Shown here: one piece after another, positions 56,298-64,000 of the stretch
Layout of the letters: each line of letters begins with the position of its first letter
Numbering within the stretch: position 1 is the stretch's first letter
From: Thermoplasmata archaeon
Lineage (GTDB): Archaea > Thermoplasmatota > Thermoplasmata > RBG-16-68-12
Reading direction: 5' to 3'
NCBI GenBank assembly: GCA_035283985.1
Contig: DATESQ010000009.1
Coordinates: 953-64,952 of the forward strand
Length of the DNA stretch: 64,000 nucleotides
Made by a program: the position numbers and the translations under genes
Notes under the pieces: model-generated
Databases searched by the model: none
What the model saw: the letters and a program-made list of their open reading frames with translations, nothing else
What the model was told of the DNA's origin: nothing

Positions 56298-58626
56298 AGG
56301 ACCCCGGGATTTCCGTGTCCGGCCGTGGGGCCGGCGCGGGCCCCGTGTCCGGCACGAAGCAGTGGGTCTTCCGCCCCGCGCGCTCGACGCGGATCACGCG
56401 GCGCTCGCCCAGGATATTGATGTGGTAGTTCACCGTCGGTGGCGTGAGGCCGAGCCGGTTCGCGATCTCCTTCTGTGTGATGCCCGGCACCGTGCGGATG
56501 AGATCGACGATCGTTCGCTGAATCATATTCGGCGCGAAGTAGTCGTCGTCGGGGATCCGCATGTTCATCGGATAGAACCGCCGGTAGAGGCCGAACCGCT
56601 TCGACTTGAGGAACCGCTCCCGTTCGAGCGTCTTCAGATGGTGCGCGAGGGAGCCGTTCGTCAGGTTCAGCGCAACCTTGATCGCGTTGTAGTGCTCCCC
56701 GGGGTTCGCGAGGACGTACCCATAGATCTGGCCTCGGACGAAGTGGTCGAGGACCCGCTCCCGCCTAATTTTCGTGTACATTGGGAGGAAGATCGCGACG
56801 AGGCCGTACTTGACGTTCTCGCTCGCGAGGGCACCGAACCCGAGCGCGGCGAGGATCGTCGTCACCGCGGCGCCGACGTAGGCACCGATCGGGGGCACGG
56901 GCGCGACCACGCCGACGCGGATCGCGAAGATCTGCTCGGCGACGCCGCCGTGGGAATCCGACGCCCGGAGGCGGACGAGGTGGGCGCCGGTCTGCGACCC
57001 GGAGGGCCGCCACTCCACGAGCCCTGTCGTTGTGTCGATCGTCATTCCGCTCGGCGCCTGCTCGAGGGTGAAGGTGTGGAACTCCACGAGCGGGTATGGG
57101 TCCTCGATCATCGCTTGGTACTCGTACATTCCGTCCGCGACGATCTCCGTAAGGGGTGTGCTCGCGAACATCGGCCGCGCGTTCACGGTGACCGTGAACG
57201 TGTTGCCCATGACGGGGGCGCGGCCCGCCGCGCCATCGGAGGCCGCGACGAGGAACCGCGTCGTCCCGTACCATCCCAGCGTCGCCTCGAAGTCGAGGTG
57301 GTACCCGTCCTCCGCGATCGAGGCCCGCACGAGGCCCGGCTTCTCCTGGTACACGATCGAGAACTTCAGGAGGCCGTGGTCGTCACTGAAGTAGTTCCGG
57401 AGGTCCACGAGACCCGTGCCGAGCGTGCCCTCCGTGAAGACGATGTCCGACGGGATCGTGCGGAGGAGCGCGGGCGGGAGGTCGTCCTGCTCGAACACGA
57501 GGAGGGAACCCGGGACGCGGGCGAGCAGCTCCGAGAAGGGCCTCCCGCTGAACGGCCCGATTGCGAGGGTCGCGTCCACGCCAACGGTATCGAGCGCGAG
57601 CCGGAACGCGGGCGTGGTCTCGAAGCCGCCGACGATTCGCTGGAGGAATACCGCCACCGTCGGACCAAACTCCGCGATCGCGAGGTCGACGCGGCCGTCG
57701 TCGTTGAGGTCCCCGAGCGCGAATCTCTCCGTGAGCCCTCCCGTGAACGTCGTGGACGTCTCGAACGCGCCATCGCGTTGCAGATACAGCGTCACGGTCC
57801 CGGAGGCCTCCGTCGGATGCCGTGCCGCGAACACAAGGTCCATCGCCCCGTCGCCATCGAGATCGGTGAACCGGACCGCCACGGGGCCGCCGAGGCTGTC
57901 CGGGACCATCCGCACGGGTGGGCTCGGGAGCTGCGTCGTGTCGACCTTGTACCGGTAAATTCGAATCTCCCGCGGGTGCACGAGGATCAGGTCCGATCGG
58001 CCGTCGCCGAATACGTCCGCCGTCATGACGTCGAGGAACGTCGATGTCCCCGCCACCGTGAGGTCCGGCTTCGAGGCCCACACGCCGGCCGCAGATCGAC
58101 TCTGATACCAGAGGTGCAACCCCTCATCCGTGAGGGTCGCGAGGTCCGGCAGCGAGTCGGCCCCGAAGTCCGCGATCGCGACCGCGGTCACACCCGGCAC
58201 GGCGATCTCCGCGACCCGGATGTCGAACTCGCCCCAGTCATTGTAGAGGATCGCCACCTGGTCGGAACGGACGACGATGAGGTCCGCGTCCCCGTCGACA
58301 TCGATGTCTTCGAGGGCAATCTTCCGTGCGCCCTCCGTCGCGATGGAAACACTCGGCGCGGCGGGCAGCCCCGTCGCACCCTGCGTGAATACCACCACGG
58401 ACCCGGCGGCCTCATCGAGGACCCCGATGTCAAGGACCGCATCCCCGTTCACGTCTCCGACCGCCATCCCGCCGAGTCCCGCGGCGGCGATGCTCCGGTC
58501 ATGGATCTTGTGCGTGGGAAACGCGGCGGCGGGCGTGGGGAGTGAGAGAATCAGGACGAACGCGACGAGCAACGCTACCGCTGAGGCCGTTAGGAGTCGT
58601 GCTTGCGCGGTCGTCCGAGGTTTCAT
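56284..58626 (-). CDS. Membrane protein with an extracellular FG-GAP/VCBS-repeat beta-propeller, a TM helix and two cytoplasmic winged-helix (wHTH) domains
   Basis: The N-terminal signal/anchor is MKPRTTAQARLLTASAVALLVAFVLIL, with GGGGAG upstream. Repeated FG-GAP-like blades follow (DxNGDGxxD, FGxD, DLDGDG). The TM helix is GAYVGAAVTTILAALGFGALA. wHTH 1 is GYVLANPGEHYNAIKVALNLTNGSLAHHLKTLERERFL. wHTH 2 is GITQKEIANRLGLTPPTVNYHINILGERRVIRVER. Confidence 0.65.
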   Translation of the reverse strand: MKPRTTAQARLLTASAVALLVAFVLILSLPTPAAAFPTHKIHDRSIAAAGLGGMAVGDVNGDAVLDIGVLDEAAGSVVVFTQGATGLPAAPSVSIATEGARKIALEDIDVDGDADLIVVRSDQVAILYNDWGEFDIRVAEIAVPGVTAVAIADFGADSLPDLATLTDEGLHLWYQSRSAAGVWASKPDLTVAGTSTFLDVMTADVFGDGRSDLILVHPREIRIYRYKVDTTQLPSPPVRMVPDSLGGPVAVRFTDLDGDGAMDLVFAARHPTEASGTVTLYLQRDGAFETSTTFTGGLTERFALGDLNDDGRVDLAIAEFGPTVAVFLQRIVGGFETTPAFRLALDTVGVDATLAIGPFSGRPFSELLARVPGSLLVFEQDDLPPALLRTIPSDIVFTEGTLGTGLVDLRNYFSDDHGLLKFSIVYQEKPGLVRASIAEDGYHLDFEATLGWYGTTRFLVAASDGAAGRAPVMGNTFTVTVNARPMFASTPLTEIVADGMYEYQAMIEDPYPLVEFHTFTLEQAPSGMTIDTTTGLVEWRPSGSQTGAHLVRLRASDSHGGVAEQIFAIRVGVVAPVPPIGAYVGAAVTTILAALGFGALASENVKYGLVAIFLPMYTKIRRERVLDHFVRGQIYGYVLANPGEHYNAIKVALNLTNGSLAHHLKTLERERFLKSKRFGLYRRFYPMNMRIPDDDYFAPNMIQRTIVDLIRTVPGITQKEIANRLGLTPPTVNYHINILGERRVIRVERAGRKTHCFVPDTGPAPAPRPDTEIPGSSTQA

Positions 58627-58840
58627 TCGCTCCCCTCGGGGGTCCGATATCCTATCGCGTCGGAATTGATAAATACAGCCTGGTACGGTTTTTGAACTAT
58701 CCGGTCGCCGCGGCCCCGCACTTCGACCAGACCTCCGGGGATCCAGGAGCGCACGCCGCAGATCGGACACTCGACCCCGAAAGCTCCCTGCATCGGCCGA
58801 CCGATCTTGCAGGTCTGGCTTACAGGGACTCGCCCCAATC

Positions 58841-59629
58841 TTGATGATGCGAAGCGGACATCGGCCGGGGGTGTCGAGCCACGAGGCGCGCCTTGCGATT
58901 TCCTTCCTTGTCGGCGTCGGCCCCGCGGCCGCGCTGATGTGGGTCTCCCTCCGCCGGTTCGACTATCCCATGGCCCCGAAGGCGCTTTTCGACGACCGGC
59001 GCGTCTTCCTCGCGTTCGCGGTCGGGATGGGCTTCGGCGTGTTCGCGAGCGTGCTCACGATTTTTCTCTCCGTGATGGTCGCGGCCGCTGGGGGCTTTGG
59101 CGGGACCCTTTCCCTCTTCGTCGTCGCCCTCTTCGAGGTGAGCTTCATGCTCGTGTACCTGAACCGGCCCGGGTACCGCGGCCGCTTCGAAACGACGTTC
59201 TACGGCACCTCGCTCGGCCTCGGCGCCGCGGCGACCCTCACGATGGCGTCCGCGTTCTCCCTGAATCCGACCCTTGCGGGAAGCCCCGAGCTCGCGGCCC
59301 TCCTCGCCCTGTTCGCGGTCTCGATGGCCCTCATCCTCGGGTCGACGGGGTCGCTCGTTGGCTTCGGAACCGCGCGGCAGCAGGCGATTCGCTACTTCGC
59401 CCGCGCGTACCTCGTGCGCCTCTCGCATCTCTTGATCCTGTTCTTCTTCTTCACAACCCGGGAAGTCCCAGTCGCCGCGGCGTCCCTCGTCGCGTCCCTC
59501 GCGTTCGCGGCGGTCGTGTACGTGTTCGTGTACCGTGAAATCCTCCCGGAGACGCTCCCGCGGGAGATCCGGCGGGAGCTGCGGCGGTGGCCTCGCGAGA
59601 CGAAACGCCCCGCTAAGGAGTCGGAGTGA
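58841..59629 (+). CDS. Hypothetical multi-pass membrane protein
   Basis: It has 6-7 predicted TM helices. No family motifs were recognised. Confidence 0.45.
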   Translation: MMMRSGHRPGVSSHEARLAISFLVGVGPAAALMWVSLRRFDYPMAPKALFDDRRVFLAFAVGMGFGVFASVLTIFLSVMVAAAGGFGGTLSLFVVALFEVSFMLVYLNRPGYRGRFETTFYGTSLGLGAAATLTMASAFSLNPTLAGSPELAALLALFAVSMALILGSTGSLVGFGTARQQAIRYFARAYLVRLSHLLILFFFFTTREVPVAAASLVASLAFAAVVYVFVYREILPETLPREIRRELRRWPRETKRPAKESE

Positions 59630-60089
59630 CCGCTCGGTAGAACCCCTCTCGCGGCTCGTACACGACGTTCGATCGGAGGAGCTCGTCGAGAGACTCCTCG
59701 ACGTCTTGGATCCCGAGGGCCTCGAGGACCGCCCGGAGGTCCCCGTATGAAAACATCTCGAGTTCCTTCGAGAGCTCGATCGCGGAGGCCCGGATTCGGT
59801 GCGCCTTATCCCCCGCTTTCATCGCGATCACGACGACGCGCGCGTGGACATCCCCGATTCGCTTCCGGGGTCGAGGCGCGATTGCCTTCTCGTACTCCGC
59901 GAGCCCGCCGGCAAGCTCCGCGCTTACGCGGCGAACGGCCTCGACGAGTTCCCGCTCCGTGCCCACCCGCACAGGGAGGCGCGCGAGGACGACACGAATC
60001 TCGAAGCCGCAAGAGCAGCTCGTCGTTCTCTTTGAGAGTTCGACGCCCTTCGCGCGGTGGCAGCGTGGACAGACGACCACGCCAAACAT
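59613..60089 (-). CDS. Hypothetical zinc-ribbon protein (archaeal conserved)
   Basis: The N-terminal CPRC...CSCG zinc ribbon is followed by an alpha-helical domain. Confidence 0.45.
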   Translation of the reverse strand: MFGVVVCPRCHRAKGVELSKRTTSCSCGFEIRVVLARLPVRVGTERELVEAVRRVSAELAGGLAEYEKAIAPRPRKRIGDVHARVVVIAMKAGDKAHRIRASAIELSKELEMFSYGDLRAVLEALGIQDVEESLDELLRSNVVYEPREGFYRAVTPTP

Positions 60090-60092
60090 CGG

Positions 60093-60560
60093 CTACACCA
60101 GGAAGACGAGCGCCGCGAGGCACGCCCCGTAGTGGTCCATCGGGATACTGAGTTCCTCGATTTTGTACTCGAGTTTCCGAAACTTTACGCCTCGGAGCTT
60201 TGCCATCTCGCCTATCTTCCACTCGAGGACCTCGCGCAGAGCGCGCGCGGTCCCGTGCATGTGTCCCTCCGCGACGTAGCCGCCCATCCCGTCGTCACGG
60301 GATCCCCAGCAGATTCCCGCGCTGATCATCTCGCCCTCCCCGCCCCGTTGCTGCGCGAGGACGCAGTGCGTGATCGCGCCCATTGGGAGCTCCCGCCGCT
60401 TCACGGGCCGGATCCCAATCGGCATCACGGACGAAACGGAGACTATGTTCTGTTCCGAGAGGCTCGCATCGAGGAGCGCCGTGTCAAACGCGTTGAGGTC
60501 GGAGACTTTCGAGACGGCCTTCCCGGACGTCACGAAAAACTTCGTGGGAATCGGTAACAT
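60093..60560 (-). CDS. pdaD: Pyruvoyl-dependent arginine decarboxylase
   Basis: It is close to archaeal PdaD. NAFDTALLDASLSEQNIVSVSSVMP contains the Ser-Ser self-cleavage site that generates the pyruvoyl group. It is 155 aa. Confidence 0.8.
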   Translation of the reverse strand: MLPIPTKFFVTSGKAVSKVSDLNAFDTALLDASLSEQNIVSVSSVMPIGIRPVKRRELPMGAITHCVLAQQRGGEGEMISAGICWGSRDDGMGGYVAEGHMHGTARALREVLEWKIGEMAKLRGVKFRKLEYKIEELSIPMDHYGACLAALVFLV

Positions 60561-60593
60561 CCGTTGCTGCGCGGCGCTATTTATGCGTCCATC

Positions 60594-61037
60594 TTAAGCG
60601 TTTGTGTTGAGCGATTTCTCCATCGCGAGCGCGTCGTCGCCCCACGAGTAGTAGCGCGGGAGGAGTCCCTCCGTCCGGTAGCCCCGCCGTCGGTAGAGCG
60701 CGATTGCGGACCGGTTTTTCGTGCTCACTTCGAGCCGCGCGACGCGAGCGCCGAGCGATCGAGCGATCCGCTCTGCCCCGTCGAGGAGCATGTCGCCGAT
60801 CCCGCGGCGGCGGAACCCCGGCAGGACCGCGATCGAGAGGACCCGTACACGGCTCGTATCGAGGAGGATCATCACCGAGCCCACGATCCGACCGGACTCC
60901 TCCCAGACGAGCGTGCGCGCGCTCGGATTCTTCAGCACCCATTCGAGGAACTCTCGGCGGAAGCGGTGCTCCCGGAAGCAGATCGCCTCGACCCCGTCGA
61001 TCGCGTCGAGGTCGAGCGCGTTCGCGAACCGCAGCAC
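60594..61037 (-). CDS. GNAT-family N-acetyltransferase (RimI-like)
   Basis: The motifs are IVGSVMILL and RRRGIGDMLLDGAERIARSLGARVARLEV. A GTG start at 61037 was chosen. Longer alternatives (61115/61133) would overlap the divergent asnS start. Confidence 0.55.
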   Translation of the reverse strand: MLRFANALDLDAIDGVEAICFREHRFRREFLEWVLKNPSARTLVWEESGRIVGSVMILLDTSRVRVLSIAVLPGFRRRGIGDMLLDGAERIARSLGARVARLEVSTKNRSAIALYRRRGYRTEGLLPRYYSWGDDALAMEKSLNTNA

Positions 61038-61113
61038 ACCGGATCCATTGCGGGGCCCGATATTTCTCTGTGTCGCAAGGGTTAATCTATCGCGGCCAAG
61101 TTGTCCCCGGTCC

Positions 61114-62403
61114 ATGGTCCAGATCCGAGACATCGTGGCGGGAACCGTCACGGGACGCGAGGTCGAGCTGAAGGGCTGGATCCACCGGACCCGCACCGTC
61201 GGCGGGAAGGCGTTCGTCGTCGTCCGGGACGCGACAGGAATCCTCCAGGTCACGATAACGAAGGGCGAGATCCGCCCCGACGCGTTCGAGGCCGCAGAGA
61301 AGGCGTTGATCGAGTCGACCGTCCGCGCGTTCGGGCAGGTCGTGCAGGACAAACGGGCGCCGGGCGGGTACGAGCTCCGGGCGATGGACTTCCAGGTCCT
61401 CCACTACGCGGAGAAGTTTCCGATCTCGGAGGACCAGAGCGAGGAGTTCCTCCTCGACGTGCGGCACCTCTGGGTCCGGTCGCAGCGGATGACGCAGGTC
61501 TTCCGCGTGCGGCACGTCGTGTTCGGCGCGATCCACGAGTACTTCCGGGACCAAGGGTTCTGGGAGGTCCACCCGCCGATGATCACGCCCGTCGGCTCCG
61601 AAGGGGGGGCGACCCTGTTCAACGTGGACTACTTCGGCCGGAAGGCGTACCTCACGCAGTCCTGGCAGCTCTACGCGGAGGCGCTCGTCGCTGCGATGGA
61701 GAAAATCTACTACATCGGGCCCTCGTTCCGAGCGGAGAAGTCCCGCACGACGCGCCATCTCACGGAGTACTGGCACGCGGAGATGGAGCAGGCCTGGGTC
61801 GGGATGGACGAGGTGATCAAGCACGCGGAGGGCGTGATCGCGCACGCGTGCAAGCGGGCCGCGGAGGGGGCCCCCGCCGAGGTCGAGGCCCTCGGACGGT
61901 CGCCGGACTTCTTGAAGCGAGTGACGCCGCCGTTCGAGCACATCCGATATGACGATGCGCTGAAGATCCTCAAGGAGAAGGGGATCGACATCGAGTGGGG
62001 GAAGGACCTCCGAACGCTCGAGGAACGGGCTCTCACGGAGGGGAAGGCGAAGCCGATTGTCGTGACGCATTATCCTGCACTGTCGCAGGCATTCTACAAG
62101 CGACGCGACCCTGAGAACGCGAACTACGTGCTCGGTTTCGATGTGATCGCGGGCGACGACGTCGGCGAGCTCGTCGGCGGCTCCGAGCGGGAGACGGACC
62201 TCTCCGTCCTGGAGAAGAGCCTCCACGAACAGGGGGAGAATCCGAAGGCGTACGACTGGTACCTCGACACTCGGCGGTACGGAAACGTGCAGCATGCGGG
62301 GTTCGGAATGGGCGTTGACCGGCTAATCCACTGGATCTGCAAACTCGATCACATCCGCGACGCGATCCCGTTCCCGCGGACCCCGGCGCGGTTCACCCCG
62401 TAG
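61114..62403 (+). CDS. asnS: Asparaginyl-tRNA synthetase (archaeal-type class IIb)
   Basis: The anticodon-binding OB fold is KGWIHRTR. Motif 2 is GPSFRAEKSRTTRHLTEYW. Motif 3 is GFGMGVDRL, and the C-terminus is FPRTPARFTP (AsnRS-like rather than AspRS-like). Confidence 0.8.
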   Translation: MVQIRDIVAGTVTGREVELKGWIHRTRTVGGKAFVVVRDATGILQVTITKGEIRPDAFEAAEKALIESTVRAFGQVVQDKRAPGGYELRAMDFQVLHYAEKFPISEDQSEEFLLDVRHLWVRSQRMTQVFRVRHVVFGAIHEYFRDQGFWEVHPPMITPVGSEGGATLFNVDYFGRKAYLTQSWQLYAEALVAAMEKIYYIGPSFRAEKSRTTRHLTEYWHAEMEQAWVGMDEVIKHAEGVIAHACKRAAEGAPAEVEALGRSPDFLKRVTPPFEHIRYDDALKILKEKGIDIEWGKDLRTLEERALTEGKAKPIVVTHYPALSQAFYKRRDPENANYVLGFDVIAGDDVGELVGGSERETDLSVLEKSLHEQGENPKAYDWYLDTRRYGNVQHAGFGMGVDRLIHWICKLDHIRDAIPFPRTPARFTP

Positions 62404-62577
62404 GTCCGAGGCGCCTCGCCCACAGAGGTATGCTGCCGGGCGTCAGTGCGACGTTGATCGCAAACAAATCGATGATCAGGAGTAGCCAGGCGGCATTTCG
62501 TCGACCTGAAGTTGTCAGCCGAGGAGGACGCTCAGCCTTTAACTGGGAATGGGATTCCTCATCTTCGGGACGGGGAA

Positions 62578-63066
62578 ATGGACGCGCTCACGGAACTTGC
62601 CGAGGAGCACGCGGACTTCGTCGAGAAGCTGAGCGAGCTCGAGGCCGCCCTCGACGAGATGATGGAGAGCCACGCCGCCTCCGACGAAGACATCGAGCTC
62701 GTCGAGGAGTCGATCCGGTTCTTCGAGGAGGAACTGCTCCCCCACTTTGAGCGCGAGGAGAAACATCTCCTCCCCGCCCTGGAGAGGAAGATCGGACGGT
62801 TCGGCACGCTCGTGAACGTCGTCGCGTACGAGCACGACGAAATCCGGCGGGAGGTTCACAAGATCAAGGAGGCCCTCGCGGCTCTCCAGGCGAAACGGCC
62901 GGCGCCGCACCTCGCGGAAATCGAGGAGCTGAACCGTCACGTTGTTTTCACCGTCCAGTTTCTCTGGGATCACTTCCGCAAGGAGAAGACGAGCCTCTTC
63001 GCGACGGCCCGAGAGGTGTTGAGTCCCGAGGAGCTCGAATCAATCGGCGTCCACTTGAGCGGGTAA
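62578..63066 (+). CDS. Hemerythrin-like (HHE cation-binding) domain protein
   Basis: It has repeated H/E ligand helices (EEHADF, HFEREEKHLLPALE, AYEHDEIRREVHKI). The start was set at the internal ATG; the ORF begins at a TTG at 62512. Confidence 0.55.
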   Translation: MDALTELAEEHADFVEKLSELEAALDEMMESHAASDEDIELVEESIRFFEEELLPHFEREEKHLLPALERKIGRFGTLVNVVAYEHDEIRREVHKIKEALAALQAKRPAPHLAEIEELNRHVVFTVQFLWDHFRKEKTSLFATAREVLSPEELESIGVHLSG

Positions 63067-63130
63067 CTCCCTTCTTCGGGCGGCACGAGGCAAGCTGCCT
63101 CCGGGTACGCTGGAGACGATCCGAGCGCGG

Positions 63131-63571
63131 CTAGCGGGCCGGTGACGCGAGGCCCCGGCGGATCCGCGCCGCCTGTTCCTCAAGCTCCGCGCGATCCGCG
63201 ATCCGCCCGAATCCGGGGGTCGGGCGGAGGCCGAAGCCGTCTCCCGCGAACCGCGGGATCAGGTGCAGGTGGGTGTGGAACACCTCCTGGCCCGCCTCCT
63301 CCCCGTCCGCGAGGTACATGCTGACCGCGTCGCATCGAAGTCCGCTGTGTCTCAACGCGAACGAGATTTCCCGCGCGGCTTCGAAGACAGGCCCCGCCTG
63401 GCCCCGAGGGAGATCCTCCAGGAACGCCGCGTGGGCCTTCGGGATCACGAGCACGTGTCCCGGATTCATCGGCTGGATGTCCATGAACGCGAGGGTGTCC
63501 GCGTCCTCCCGGACGATGCTCGCCGGGGCCTCCCGCCGAACGATCGTGCAGAAGATGCAATCGCCGCTCAT
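63131..63571 (-). CDS. HIT-family (histidine triad) nucleotide hydrolase
   Basis: The triad is HTHLHLIPR and the N-terminus is CIFCTIV. It starts at the internal Met. Confidence 0.8.
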   Translation of the reverse strand: MSGDCIFCTIVRREAPASIVREDADTLAFMDIQPMNPGHVLVIPKAHAAFLEDLPRGQAGPVFEAAREISFALRHSGLRCDAVSMYLADGEEAGQEVFHTHLHLIPRFAGDGFGLRPTPGFGRIADRAELEEQAARIRRGLASPAR

Positions 63572-63578
63572 CGTTGGA

Positions 63579-64000
63579 TCACTGGCGTTTCGCCGACGGC
63601 CCGAGGATCCGCTCCGCGATAATGAGCTTCTGGATCTCGTTCGTGCCCTCGTACAGTCCCAGGACGCGGGCGTCCCGGAAGTATCGTTCCACGTCGAAAT
63701 CCCCGCTGAACCCGTACCCGCCATGAATCTGAATCGCGCGGTCCGTCACGCGCATCGCCATCTCCGCGCCGAACAGCTTCGCCATCGAGACCTCCTTCGT
63801 GTTGTCAAGCCCGAGGTCCCGGAGCTGCGCGGCTCGCAACGTGAGGAGGCGCGCGGCCTCGACTTCCGTCGCGCTCTCCGCGATCATCTCCCGGATGAGC
63901 TGGAAGTCCCCGATCGGGCGGTTGAACGCCTTCCGCTCTTGCGCGTACTTCGTCGCCGCCTCGAGCGCCGCCCGCGCGACGCCGACGGCGCCCGCCGCGA
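63579..64000 (-). CDS. Acyl-CoA dehydrogenase, C-terminal part (N-terminus beyond the window end)
   Basis: The C-terminal ACAD domain (QIHGGYGFSGDFDVERYFRDARVLGLYEGTNEIQ) continues in frame to the window edge (…NRPIGDFQLIREMIAESA). Confidence 0.8.
   Translation of the reverse strand, partial: AAGAVGVARAALEAATKYAQERKAFNRPIGDFQLIREMIAESATEVEAARLLTLRAAQLRDLGLDNTKEVSMAKLFGAEMAMRVTDRAIQIHGGYGFSGDFDVERYFRDARVLGLYEGTNEIQKLIIAERILGPSAKRQ

Noticed and set aside
1-64000. A CRISPR array, transposase or integrase
   Set aside because: No regularly spaced direct repeats were found. There are no DDE/IS-type transposase motifs and no tyrosine- or serine-recombinase motifs. The only mobile elements seen are the two inteins.

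Overview
This is a high-GC (~65%), gene-dense window that looks archaeal: TrmY, pyruvoyl-dependent arginine decarboxylase PdaD, Ogg2-type glycosylase, archaeal-type NAPRTase and AsnRS, a tRNA gene without encoded CCA, and leaderless TATA-type promoters. Both strands are mostly housekeeping and energy metabolism.

Main coding content:
- Glycine cleavage T (5' partial) and, 40 kb away, glycine cleavage H.
- A class II (B12-type) ribonucleotide reductase interrupted by two LAGLIDADG inteins.
- Glutamate dehydrogenase, EtfAB, a membrane HdrDE-like Fe-S/cytochrome b oxidoreductase, isocitrate dehydrogenase, citrate synthase and heme O synthase.
- A nicotinate phosphoribosyltransferase, AsnRS, ammonium transporter, a 1804-aa Lhr helicase, and several surface or membrane proteins.

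The most notable feature is a seven-gene, translationally coupled minus-strand operon (about 18.5-25.3 kb). It carries two HGD-D/BcrBC-family subunits, two HgdC/BcrAD-type [4Fe-4S] ATPase activases, a 258-aa enoyl-CoA hydratase, a Zn-ADH and a second crotonase with a zinc-ribbon tail. The gene set and order match a class I ATP-dependent benzoyl-CoA reductase together with the Dch/Had/Oah ring-processing enzymes, or a related ATP-driven radical acyl-CoA dehydratase pathway. Isocitrate dehydrogenase follows immediately.

A second notable region (27.6-36.9 kb) reads as an oxidative-stress and DNA-repair island. It has endonuclease III, proline dehydrogenase, a His-rich NicO/RcnA-like nickel transporter, an aquaporin with degenerate NPA boxes, an FNR-like flavoprotein and a cupredoxin. 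It also has a nickel superoxide dismutase precursor (HCDIPCGIY Ni-hook) with its S26 maturation peptidase (sodN-sodX), Dps, Ogg and MutY.

Other points of interest:
- A membrane-anchored FG-GAP beta-propeller fused through a TM helix to two cytoplasmic winged-helix domains, a candidate one-component transmembrane regulator.
- A small zinc-ribbon membrane protein paired with an arrestin-like protein.
- An SDR gene whose Rossmann motif lies upstream of any usable start codon.
- A tRNA-Arg(TCG) next to a lower-GC patch.
- An unresolved tRNA-like element at about 44.9 kb.

No CRISPR array, transposase or integrase was found. All calls rest on reading the six-frame translations against remembered family motifs, and no database search was run. 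Hand-read non-CDS coordinates may be off by 1-2 nt.
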